Both the position numbers and the translations under genes were made by a program. From an uncultured Acidobacteriota bacterium (GTDB lineage Bacteria > Acidobacteriota > Thermoanaerobaculia > Multivoradales > SZUA-115), in contig CAWDVR010000001.1 in NCBI GenBank assembly GCA_963805975.1, positions 704,001-768,000 of the forward strand: 64,000 nucleotides of DNA, written 5' to 3'. The notes under the pieces were generated by a model. The model did not search any database, was not told where the DNA came from, and saw only the letters and a program-made list of their open reading frames with translations. Positions 19,405 through 28,004 of this stretch are shown here, piece by piece; position 1 is the stretch's first letter; every line of letters begins with the position of its first letter.

Positions 19405-19434
19405 GATGCTACAGTAGCATCCAGAACGCGTCAA
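19405..19434 (-). promoter_or_regulatory. Sigma70 promoter of the XRE-TPR-secreted operon with an overlapping palindrome (putative operator)
   Basis: Minus strand TTGACG (19434-19429), 17 nt, TAGCAT (19411-19406); perfect inverted repeat GATGCTAC-A-GTAGCATC at 19405-19421. Confidence 0.7.
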
Positions 19435-19469
19435 GGCCCAAAACCTCTGTGCTACCATTTCGACGCCCG

Positions 19470-20804
19470 ATGAGCGCGCCGGTCTCGCCCAAGATCTTCG
19501 TTCTCGACACCTCGGTCATCCTCTACGACTTCCAGAGCATCCACAGCTTCGAGGAGCACGACGTGGCGGTGCCGATCACCGTCATCGAGGAGCTCGACCA
19601 GTTCAAGAAGGGCGGCAACGTCATCAACCTGCACGCCCGCGAGTTCGTGCGCGAGCTCGACCGCCAGTCGGCCCACCACGATCTGCGCGGCTGGGTGCCG
19701 ATCAACGGCGCGACACGGGGGCGGTTTCGGGTCATCACCGACGAGGGCTCCCGGGTCGACGCCGTGGCGGCCTTCGGCAACCGCAAGAACGACCACCGCA
19801 TCCTGAACGCCGCCCTGGCGCTCGCCGAGCAGGAGAGCGATCGCCGGGTGATCCTGGTGAGCAAGGACATCAACCTGCGGGTGAAGGCCCGGGCCTTAGG
19901 GCTAGAGGCCGAGGACTACGAGACGGTCAAGATCGAGGATCTCGAGCGCCTCTATACCGGCAAGAGCGAGGTGGAGGTGGCGGACGGCGGGCTGATCGAC
20001 CGCCTCTACTCGGAGGGCGCCGTGCCGGCCGAGGAGCTCGGCCTGCCCGAGGCGCCGCCCGCCCACCACTACTTCATCCTGCGGAGCGCGACGCGCTCCG
20101 CCCTCGCCTGCTTCAACCCGCGGACCCAGGCGCTCGAGCGGGTGGTGAAGACCCCGGCCTACGGCGTCCAGCCGCGCAACGCCGAGCAGACCTTCGCGCT
20201 GCACGCGGTGCTCAACCCGGCGGTGCCGCTGGTGAGCCTCTCCGGGCCGGCGGGCACAGGCAAGACGCTCCTCGCCCTGGCCGGCGCCCTGGAGCAGCGG
20301 CGCTCGTTCCGCCAGATCCTCCTGGCACGGCCCATCGTGCCGCTGTCGAACAAGGACATCGGCTACCTGCCGGGAGACATCAACTCGAAGATCAGCCCCT
20401 ACATGCAACCGGTGTGGGACAGCCTGGGCGTGATCAAGGACCAGTTCGGCGAGCGGCAGAAGGAGGCCAAGCGGATCGACGAGATGAGCGAGCTCGGCAA
20501 GCTCCAGGTGGTGCCGCTCGCCTACATCCGCGGCCGGAGCTTCTCGAACATCATCTTCGTGGTCGACGAGGCGCAGAACCTCACGCCGCACGAGGTGAAG
20601 ACCATCATCACCCGCGCCGGCGAAGGCACCAAGATCGTCTTCACCGGCGACATTTTTCAGATCGACACCCCGTATCTCGACGCCCACAGCAACGGCCTTT
20701 CGTACCTCATCGACCGCATCCGCGACAGCCCGCTCTACGCGCACGTGAACCTGGACAAGGGCGAGCGCTCGGAGCTCGCCAACCTGGCGAGCCGGCTGCT
20801 GTAA
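19470..20804 (+). CDS. phoH: PIN + PhoH ATPase (PhoH2/YlaK type)
   Basis: FVLDTSV, VIEELD, NDHRIL, SKDINLRVKA (PIN); GPAGTGKT, GYLPG, YIRGRSF, DEAQNLT, GDIFQID. Confidence 0.92.
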   Translation: MSAPVSPKIFVLDTSVILYDFQSIHSFEEHDVAVPITVIEELDQFKKGGNVINLHAREFVRELDRQSAHHDLRGWVPINGATRGRFRVITDEGSRVDAVAAFGNRKNDHRILNAALALAEQESDRRVILVSKDINLRVKARALGLEAEDYETVKIEDLERLYTGKSEVEVADGGLIDRLYSEGAVPAEELGLPEAPPAHHYFILRSATRSALACFNPRTQALERVVKTPAYGVQPRNAEQTFALHAVLNPAVPLVSLSGPAGTGKTLLALAGALEQRRSFRQILLARPIVPLSNKDIGYLPGDINSKISPYMQPVWDSLGVIKDQFGERQKEAKRIDEMSELGKLQVVPLAYIRGRSFSNIIFVVDEAQNLTPHEVKTIITRAGEGTKIVFTGDIFQIDTPYLDAHSNGLSYLIDRIRDSPLYAHVNLDKGERSELANLASRLL

Positions 20805-20892
20805 CGGCGATCCAGCCCACTCTGGGGCCGCTTGACCGCCAGGCGAATCCCTGCGACGATCGCGTCACCATCTTCGTGAACGTCATGATGCG

Positions 20893-22698
20893 GTGAGATC
20901 TCCAGGGCCAGGCGAGGCGTCGCCGACTCTCTCGACGAGGTCCGACTTCGAGGGCATCCTCGAAGGGCTCTGGAACGATCCCCGGCGTTTCCACCGCCCG
21001 GCCCACGAGGTGCTCGCCGACCTGCTGAGCTTCGGCGGGCGGCTGCCGCTCGGCGACGGCGCCGACGCCCTGGCGGAGCTCGACCGCCGGCTCTGGGAGG
21101 CGCTGGCCTCGCGGCCCGAGATCGTCCTCTCTCCCGAGCCGCCGAGTCGTGGCACGGTCCTGGAAGCGTTCTCGAACGAGCTCGGCCGGGTGCATCTGCG
21201 GCCGGCGGGGCTGCCGCGGCCGGACTACGGGCCCCGGGCCGGGCCCCACACGCACGGCTGGATCGCGGTGCCGCCGGAGCTCTACCGCGAGGCCCGCGCG
21301 GCAGCCGACGCGGCTCTCGCCGAGGAGGCGGCGCTGCGGACGCGCTGCGACGCGCTCTTCGCCAGCGACCCCGAGCTCGCCGACCCCGACCGGGTGCTCG
21401 ACGCGGTCGACGACGCCGTGCGCCACGTCGAGGCGGTGATGCTCTACCTCGACGACGAGCTGCTGGCCCTGATCGAGCGTCACAAGACGCTGATCGACAG
21501 CAACGGCCGGCCCGGCCTGTGCTCGCGCCTGCGTGGCCGCAACCCCTGCTCGTGGACCTCCGGCGAGCGGCTGGCGGTGGTGGCGCTCCGCGCCCTCTTC
21601 CTCTCTGGCCGCTCGATCCGCTTCGAGGAGTTCAACGGCAAGGAGCTCACTGCGCGGCGGCTGCTGGCCAAGCTCTCGGAGCTGGCGCGGGCCTACGAGC
21701 CGTTCGGCCTCGAGCTGCCGGCCGCGGACGCCGGTCCGCTCGCGCTGGCGGCGAGCATCGGCCGGGCGGCGCAGCGCGCGATCGGCCAACCCCGGCTGCG
21801 GTACCGCTACGTCAACGGCCTCACCTTCTTCAAGGCCGAGCGCTGGACCCGGGTGGCGGACACCCCCGACCTGCCGCTGCCTGCCCGGGTCCTGGCGCTC
21901 CACGAGGCCTGGCTGGGCCGTCCGCCCGAGGGCACACCGGAGGAGGTCTTCGACCGCTTGGCCGAGGCCGCGGTCTATGGCCGCGTGGAGCTGCCCGACG
22001 AGGCGTTCAGCGGCCGGGCCGCGACCACGCCGGTCGAGCTGCTGATGGAGGAGATGGTGGTGGCGGTGCTGTTCGCGGCCGGCGCCGACTACTCGATGTC
22101 GAGCTCACTGCGCGACCTGCGTTGGCTGACGGTCGCGGACCGCGCCGCCCGCCTCGAGGGCATCGTCGATCTCGAGCCGCGGCCGCATTTTTTCTGTGCG
22201 GTGGCCTCGCGGCCTGGGCTGGCGGCCGAGCTCGGCGAGCGCCTGGCGCCGCACGTCTACCACGCCGTGCAGGCGCGGATGGAGTTCAACCGCTGGCATT
22301 TCATCCCCGGCAACTTCCCCGAGAGCGAGGTGCCGCGAACCCGGCACTATTACTATCCGCCGGTGATGCCCGACCTGGCCGAGTGGTCCGACCAACGCCA
22401 CAGCGGCCACAAGCGCGGCGGGGTGCGCTACTCGATCCGCACTCCCGGCCCGGACATGGGGGAGCCGCCGCTGACCCTCGCGGGCCAGGCCTATCGCGGC
22501 TTCTACGACCTGCGCGCCGTGCGTATGGAGGGGTCGCCGTTCAATGTCGCCGAGATGCTCGCCGTCCGCCGGCTGCGGGTGTGGCTGGGGTTGCTCTGGC
22601 GGCGGATCTTCGAGCGCTCGGAGGCCGAGCCGGGTTCGGTGGTGATCCGCGGCTTCGTCACCGGGAGGGGCTACGAGCCGGCGGGCGAGGAGGCATGA
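20893..22698 (+). CDS. Hypothetical protein, first gene of a four-gene operon
   Basis: 601-aa ORF with GC3-biased codons; enzyme-like C-terminal motifs WHFIPGN, PPVMPDLAEWSDQRHSGH, VRYSIR, GFYDLR; family not recognised. Confidence 0.7.
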   Translation: MRSPGPGEASPTLSTRSDFEGILEGLWNDPRRFHRPAHEVLADLLSFGGRLPLGDGADALAELDRRLWEALASRPEIVLSPEPPSRGTVLEAFSNELGRVHLRPAGLPRPDYGPRAGPHTHGWIAVPPELYREARAAADAALAEEAALRTRCDALFASDPELADPDRVLDAVDDAVRHVEAVMLYLDDELLALIERHKTLIDSNGRPGLCSRLRGRNPCSWTSGERLAVVALRALFLSGRSIRFEEFNGKELTARRLLAKLSELARAYEPFGLELPAADAGPLALAASIGRAAQRAIGQPRLRYRYVNGLTFFKAERWTRVADTPDLPLPARVLALHEAWLGRPPEGTPEEVFDRLAEAAVYGRVELPDEAFSGRAATTPVELLMEEMVVAVLFAAGADYSMSSSLRDLRWLTVADRAARLEGIVDLEPRPHFFCAVASRPGLAAELGERLAPHVYHAVQARMEFNRWHFIPGNFPESEVPRTRHYYYPPVMPDLAEWSDQRHSGHKRGGVRYSIRTPGPDMGEPPLTLAGQAYRGFYDLRAVRMEGSPFNVAEMLAVRRLRVWLGLLWRRIFERSEAEPGSVVIRGFVTGRGYEPAGEEA

Positions 22699-23706
22699 GA
22701 GGAGGCCGGCGACGCCTGGCGGTCCTGCTGCTGGTCGACCCGGAGGTGGTCGCCGCCGAAGACCCGCAGTTCTCGCGGCCCACGGGCAGGGCGAGCCGGC
22801 TGGAGGCGCACGTGGCCGCGGGGCTGCGCCGGTCCGGGCACGCGGTCGAGGTGTTGCCCTGCGGGCCGGGGGGAGAACGGCTGCTCGAGAGCCTGATCGC
22901 GGCCGGGTGCCGGACCGACCTGGTCTTCAACCTGACCGAGCACTTCGCCGGCGACCGCCGGGGAGACGCGTTGGTGGCGGCGGCGCTCGAGCTCCTGGGC
23001 CTGCCCTACACCGGGAGCGGGCCGGAGGCGCTCCTGCTGTGCCGCGACAAGGCCGAGTCCAAGCATCGCCTGCGGCGGGCCGGCCTGGCGGTGCCGGAGT
23101 TCGCCGTGCTCGAGCCCGGCGGGCACGATCTCTCGCCGCCTGCCCTACCCGGTGCTGGTCAAGCCGCGCTTCGGGGACGCCTCGGAGCTGATCGCCGCCG
23201 CCTCCCTCGCGGCGAGCCCGGCGGCGGCGGCGCGGCGGGCGCTCCAGGTGCAGCGGGTCACCGGCCAGGCGGCGATCTGCGAGGCGTACGTCCCCGGCCG
23301 TGAGCTCAAGGTGGCTGTCTTGGGAGGCGCCAGGCCGCTCGTGCTGCCGCCCCGCGAGGTGCACTTCGGCAGGCGCGGCGGGCCGGGGTTCCTCACCGCG
23401 CGCGTCAAGAACGACGCCGCCTACCGCCGGCGCTGGAACATCCGCTACCGGCGGGCGAGGCTCGCCCCGCGGACCCTCGCCGCGGTCGAGGAGGCGAGCC
23501 TCGCGGCCTACCGGCTGCTCGGCCTGCGCGACTACGGCAAGCTCGACCTGCGTCTGACGGCGGAGGGCGAGGCCGTCTTCATCGAAGCCAACCCCAACCC
23601 CGACCTTTCGCCGACCGGCTTCGGGGCGATCGCCTCCTGGGCCGGGATCGGCTACCCTGAGCTGCTCGACCGTATCGCCCGCTCGGCCTTGGAGAGAGCC
23701 CCCTGA
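22695..23706 (+). CDS. D-Ala-D-Ala-ligase-like ATP-grasp ligase (one frameshift near 23135)
   Basis: DLVFNLTE, LELLGLPYTGS, CRDK in the first frame; YPVLVKP, CEAYVPGRE, DYGKLDLR, IEANPNPDL in the second. Confidence 0.8.
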
Positions 23707-23732
23707 TCGATCTCGCCCGCGACTACCCGACG

Positions 23733-24701
23733 TTGGCGCGCCTGACCCGCGCGGCGGAGGACGGCTCCCTCGCCGACCTCGAGCTCGCGCCAGACGGCCG
23801 CTGGCAGACCCGCGCCGTCACCCTCGCCGGGCTGACGCGCGAGGTGGCGGCGCACCTCGCGGCCACGCTCGGGAGGCACGAGCCGGAGGATCTCCCGGTC
23901 TTCGTCGTCGCCTGGGGCAAGTGCCGCGTCGGCTCCACCGCCCTCACCAACCTGTTCGGCATCGCCGGCGTGCCGGCCTTCTACCAGCCGGTCAAGACCA
24001 CGGCGCGCCACCTGCTCGTCGGGTCCCAGCCGCCGCCCTGGGAGCCGCCGTCGGCGAGCGAGCATCCGCTGATCATGGCCAAGGAGATGGCCGGCCCCTA
24101 CCTGGCCGTCGAGACGGTGTTCAACCCGCTCGCGATGCTGGTCGACGCTGGCTACCCGGCCGCCAAGCTCCACCTCCTGGTGCTGGAGCGCGAGCCCCTG
24201 GTCTCGCTCTCCTCGTGGCTCCACAAGTGGGCCGACCGGCTGCCGCGCCGCACGCTGGTCGAGCACTTTGCGCTCTCTTCGCTCGCCGCGCCGCGCATGG
24301 AGGCCTGGGCCGGGGAGTATGGCGTGCCGGTCACGCACTACCTCTACGAGGCGAGCCGCCGGCCGGAGCAGACCATCGCCGCCCTGCTGGCGCGCCTGGG
24401 CATCGGCGAGAAGTTCCGTCCCGAGGTGGTCAACGACTGGGACGAGCGCGGCGAGCTCGGCTCGGAGCGCTCGCTGATCTTCTTCCCGCGCGAGCCCGAG
24501 GTCTACGTGGTGCCCGGTCTGCACTCCTCCTTCACCCGCTATGCCTTCCAGCCGCGGGCGGCCTCGAACCTCATGGCGGAGGAGCGGCGCCTGGTCGAGG
24601 AGTTGGGCCTCGAGGAGCTCTACGCCCGCTCGGCGCGCGCCATGTGCGAAGAGCTGGGCTTTGACGAGGAGCTGGCGCGGGCCGTGCTCGCCCCGGGCTG
24701 A
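23733..24701 (+). CDS. Sulfotransferase-like P-loop protein (start may be CTG 23703)
   Basis: WGKCRVGSTAL resembles the 5'-PSB loop; LEREPLVSLSSW resembles the 3'-PB R-x-P-x6-S motif. Confidence 0.65.
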   Translation: MARLTRAAEDGSLADLELAPDGRWQTRAVTLAGLTREVAAHLAATLGRHEPEDLPVFVVAWGKCRVGSTALTNLFGIAGVPAFYQPVKTTARHLLVGSQPPPWEPPSASEHPLIMAKEMAGPYLAVETVFNPLAMLVDAGYPAAKLHLLVLEREPLVSLSSWLHKWADRLPRRTLVEHFALSSLAAPRMEAWAGEYGVPVTHYLYEASRRPEQTIAALLARLGIGEKFRPEVVNDWDERGELGSERSLIFFPREPEVYVVPGLHSSFTRYAFQPRAASNLMAEERRLVEELGLEELYARSARAMCEELGFDEELARAVLAPG

Positions 24702-24711
24702 AGGCCGGCCG

Positions 24712-25923
24712 ATGGCAGAGACCCTCGGAGAGAGGCTCACCATCCGCGATCCGCTCGGGCCGCCGGCGGCCGAGCTGCGGCGCGAGCGCGAGCGGCTGTG
24801 CGCCTTCCTGCGCGAGCGCGAGGACGAGGTGTTCACGGCACCCGACTTGGGGCTAAGGCAAGAGCTGCGCCTGCTCCTGGGCTGGGACGACGACACCTTC
24901 ACGGCCTTCGTCGCCTCGCCGCTCCTCACCCACAGCTCGCCGCACACCGGCCTCAACCTCTTCGCGCCCATGATGTCTTTCGCCTGGGTGCAGCGCTCGC
25001 TGCAGGAGATCTCCACACCGTATCTAGCCTCCGGACGAGCGGTGCACCTGCGCACGCTGGTGATGCACAACAACCTGGGGGACCTGCGCTACCGCCCCTA
25101 TGCCTGGTGGCGGCGGGAGCGCGGCGGCCGCCTCGCCAAGACCGTCTTCTTCAGCCGCGGCCACGCGCAGCGCCGCAAGGTGCTGCTGGCGCTGCCGGCG
25201 CCGGAAGTCGACCCCGCGGGCTGCTGCGAGTCGGACCGCGCGGCCGTGGCTCTAGCCCGCCACGGCCGCGGCTACGCCTACTTCGCGCTGCTCTACCGGC
25301 GCCACATCGAGCGCCAGGCGGGCTTCCACCTGCCTGGCGCCAGTCTCGACGTGCCCCTCAACCTGCTCGCCGGGTTCACCTTCCGGCGGCATGACCCGGC
25401 GGCCTGGGCCGCCGCCTCGGAGGCTGTCGCGGGCCGCAGCCTGCGGGCCGTCTCGCCCGAGGGAGAGCTGACCAGGCTCTCGGCGCAAGACCTCTCGGCC
25501 TGGGCCGGGGGCTGCCCGGAACTCGAGCGGCTGCGCGTGGTGATGCCCAACTTCGCGGCCTTCGCGCAGATCTACCGGCTGGGAGTGTCGGTCCTCGTCG
25601 GCGCCGAGAAGATGGCCCGCTACGTGGCACCGATGAACGCCGAGATCGCCGCCCTGCTGGCGGCGGTGGGGGAGAGCGCCCCGGCGCCGCGACTGATCCC
25701 GATCACGCGCTTCCCGGTGAGCGAGGCGGCGCCGCTCGACGAGCCGACTCGCGCCGAGCTCGGCAGGGCGGGCCTGACCCACTCGCTGCCGCTCGCCGTG
25801 GCCGACTTCGGAGCGGGCCTCTCCGAACGTTTCGCGGTGCTCCTGGACCGCTCGTACCGCGAGTTCTTCCCGGTGGAGGAGCTGGCGACCGAGCCAGCTT
25901 GCACTTCGTCGTCGGCCTGCTAG
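24712..25923 (+). CDS. Hypothetical protein (403 aa), last gene of the operon
   Basis: ATG 10 nt after the previous stop; motifs HSSPHTG, MHNNLGD, GAEKMARY; family not recognised. Confidence 0.65.
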   Translation: MAETLGERLTIRDPLGPPAAELRRERERLCAFLREREDEVFTAPDLGLRQELRLLLGWDDDTFTAFVASPLLTHSSPHTGLNLFAPMMSFAWVQRSLQEISTPYLASGRAVHLRTLVMHNNLGDLRYRPYAWWRRERGGRLAKTVFFSRGHAQRRKVLLALPAPEVDPAGCCESDRAAVALARHGRGYAYFALLYRRHIERQAGFHLPGASLDVPLNLLAGFTFRRHDPAAWAAASEAVAGRSLRAVSPEGELTRLSAQDLSAWAGGCPELERLRVVMPNFAAFAQIYRLGVSVLVGAEKMARYVAPMNAEIAALLAAVGESAPAPRLIPITRFPVSEAAPLDEPTRAELGRAGLTHSLPLAVADFGAGLSERFAVLLDRSYREFFPVEELATEPACTSSSAC

Positions 25924-25937
25924 ACTCGCGTCGTTAC

Positions 25938-27053
25938 GTGCGACAACCGGTGACCAAGTTCTTCCTCCCGCTGGCGGCCCTTGCGGTCGGCCTCGCGGCC
26001 GGCCCGTCTTCAACCGCCGCCAACCTGACCGTGCCGTTGCGCGACGCCACGGGCGCCACCGCCACGCTCTACAGCGTGGACCTCGACAACGGCCGGATCT
26101 TCGAGGTGGAGCCGCGACGAGCCGGCGAGGCGGTGCGCCTGCGCCCCCTGTCCCAGAACCTCTTCTCGGCCATCGGCCGGCCTCTGGACCTGGCGGCGGC
26201 GCCGGGGGAGTTCGTGATCGAGGGCTTGCAGGACCGCTCGGGCCGGACCCGCGCCCTGCTGCTGGTCGAGACCTCGTCCGGCTACGTGGCCTTCCTCACC
26301 CGGCTCGGGGAGGATCAGGCGCTCGGCGCCGTGCGCACGGTGGCCGGCCGGCCGGGCGAGGCGCTGGTCGGCACCGACGGCCAGTACGCGCTGCTGATGC
26401 GGCGCGAGGCCTCGCGCCGCGCCGAGCAGGCCTACCTGATCCACGCCTCGAACGGCGGCTGCCTGATGTTCTCGGGCGTCGAGCGCTTCGAGGAGGACCC
26501 CACGGTGCGCCGCTGCGAGGCGCTCCCGGCTTTCCAGCTCGCCTCGAATGCGGTGCCACTCGAGACCGAGAGCGGCACGGTGACCGGCTACGTGCTGGTG
26601 GACGGCAAGGACGGCAGCGTGCTCTTCGTCTACTTCTCGGCGGAGCGCGAGGATCGGCTGATCGTGGCGCGTTCGACCATCCAGCTCGCGAGCCTGTTCC
26701 CGGCCGTCGAAGGTACACCGCTGGCGCGCCGTTTCGCCCTGGCTTCGCTGCGCGACGGGGACGGCGCCACCGCCGGCGTGCTGGTGGTGGACTCGGCCTC
26801 GCTCCGCATGGCGCTCCTCACCGGGCTCGAACGGCCTTCGACGGTGCAAGCGACACTGCTGCCTCCCGACCTCGCTCCACTGCTCGCGCGCACCGCACGC
26901 CACCGGCCGCTCGAGGCCGTGGCCCGCACCTCGGCCAACGGTGCCACCAGCGGCGCCTGGGTGCTGGGGGACGAGCGCTCGCAGCTCCTCTGGGTGAGCG
27001 ACCCGCTGAATCGCGAGTCGGTCCGCGTGCAGCCGGTCGAGCAGCGCCAGTAG
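25938..27053 (+). CDS. Secreted hypothetical protein, probable beta-propeller
   Basis: Signal KFFLPLAALAVGLAAG; recurring blade-like units (LYSVDLDNG, LLVETSSG, YLIHASNG, VLVDGKDG, LVVDSAS). Confidence 0.65.
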   Translation: MRQPVTKFFLPLAALAVGLAAGPSSTAANLTVPLRDATGATATLYSVDLDNGRIFEVEPRRAGEAVRLRPLSQNLFSAIGRPLDLAAAPGEFVIEGLQDRSGRTRALLLVETSSGYVAFLTRLGEDQALGAVRTVAGRPGEALVGTDGQYALLMRREASRRAEQAYLIHASNGGCLMFSGVERFEEDPTVRRCEALPAFQLASNAVPLETESGTVTGYVLVDGKDGSVLFVYFSAEREDRLIVARSTIQLASLFPAVEGTPLARRFALASLRDGDGATAGVLVVDSASLRMALLTGLERPSTVQATLLPPDLAPLLARTARHRPLEAVARTSANGATSGAWVLGDERSQLLWVSDPLNRESVRVQPVEQRQ

Positions 27054-27136
27054 GTCTGGTCACGAGCCTGTCCGCGGGCTACTCCCTTCTGATCACTTCG
27101 CCAGCCTTCCGGCGAGGGCGTGAGAAGATCCCTTCC

Positions 27137-27967
27137 ATGGTTGGCAAGACTCCGCTTCGTGCTTTCGTGCTGCAAGGGCGCGCGATGGCTCCGCACGTTC
27201 GTGCCGCGCTGGCACAGACCTCCGCCCAGGGGAGCGCGCAGCTCAAGCCCCTCGGGACCTCCGGTGCCACGCGACCGGTGGCGGCCCACGTCCAGGCAGT
27301 GCTCGGCCGGGTGGCCCAGCCGTTTCTGGCGACGTCTTCTCTGGCAGCACCGCGGGCGACGGGCGCTCCTCTGGCCCGGACGGTGCAGCCCGCCATGGTC
27401 GAGATGACCACCTTCGTCGGGGCGACCGGCTCGCTGTTCGTCTCGAGCGACGACCAGCGCCGGGTGATTGTCTGTATGGGGACGAGCTCGAGCGGAAGGG
27501 ACCAACTGGCGGTCTACGAAGTGACGCCCAGTCTCTATCGCAAGGACCTCTTGGGCTACCTCGACTACGAAGAGCTGATGGAGAGCTCCGGCAAAGTCAT
27601 GTCGATCGTCAAGGTCCAGTCTCATTCACCGGGGATGGGGACCATCCTGGCCTTTGAGCTCGCCTGCATCGCCAGAGGCCGCAGCATCGCCTCGATGGTC
27701 GCGGGCATGCCGGCGCACACCGACGATGCCACGAAGTACTACGGCGGCCTGGGCTTCGACTATCGCGCTGCCGAGGAGCACGAGCGCAAGCGGCGAGAGG
27801 AGCTGCAAAAGCAGGGCCTCTACAAGGGCGTGGATCTCTCGAAGGTGAAGATCGTCATACCGGCGGTGTACGCTCTGACCGCGGAGGTGTTTCAGAGAAC
27901 GCACACGAAGGTCACGAGCCTTTGGAAGACGCGAACGATCGGCGTCCAGGTCCGGGTGGCAGTCTGA
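27137..27967 (+). CDS. Protein with a low-complexity leader and a C-terminal GNAT-like domain
   Basis: APHVRAA, AAHVQAV and TVQP in the leader; PGMGTIL and ATKYYGGLGF resemble GNAT motifs A and B. Confidence 0.55.
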   Translation: MVGKTPLRAFVLQGRAMAPHVRAALAQTSAQGSAQLKPLGTSGATRPVAAHVQAVLGRVAQPFLATSSLAAPRATGAPLARTVQPAMVEMTTFVGATGSLFVSSDDQRRVIVCMGTSSSGRDQLAVYEVTPSLYRKDLLGYLDYEELMESSGKVMSIVKVQSHSPGMGTILAFELACIARGRSIASMVAGMPAHTDDATKYYGGLGFDYRAAEEHERKRREELQKQGLYKGVDLSKVKIVIPAVYALTAEVFQRTHTKVTSLWKTRTIGVQVRVAV

Positions 27968-28004
27968 GGAGCGCTACGGCCGGATATAACGGCCGGATAT
28001 GGGG

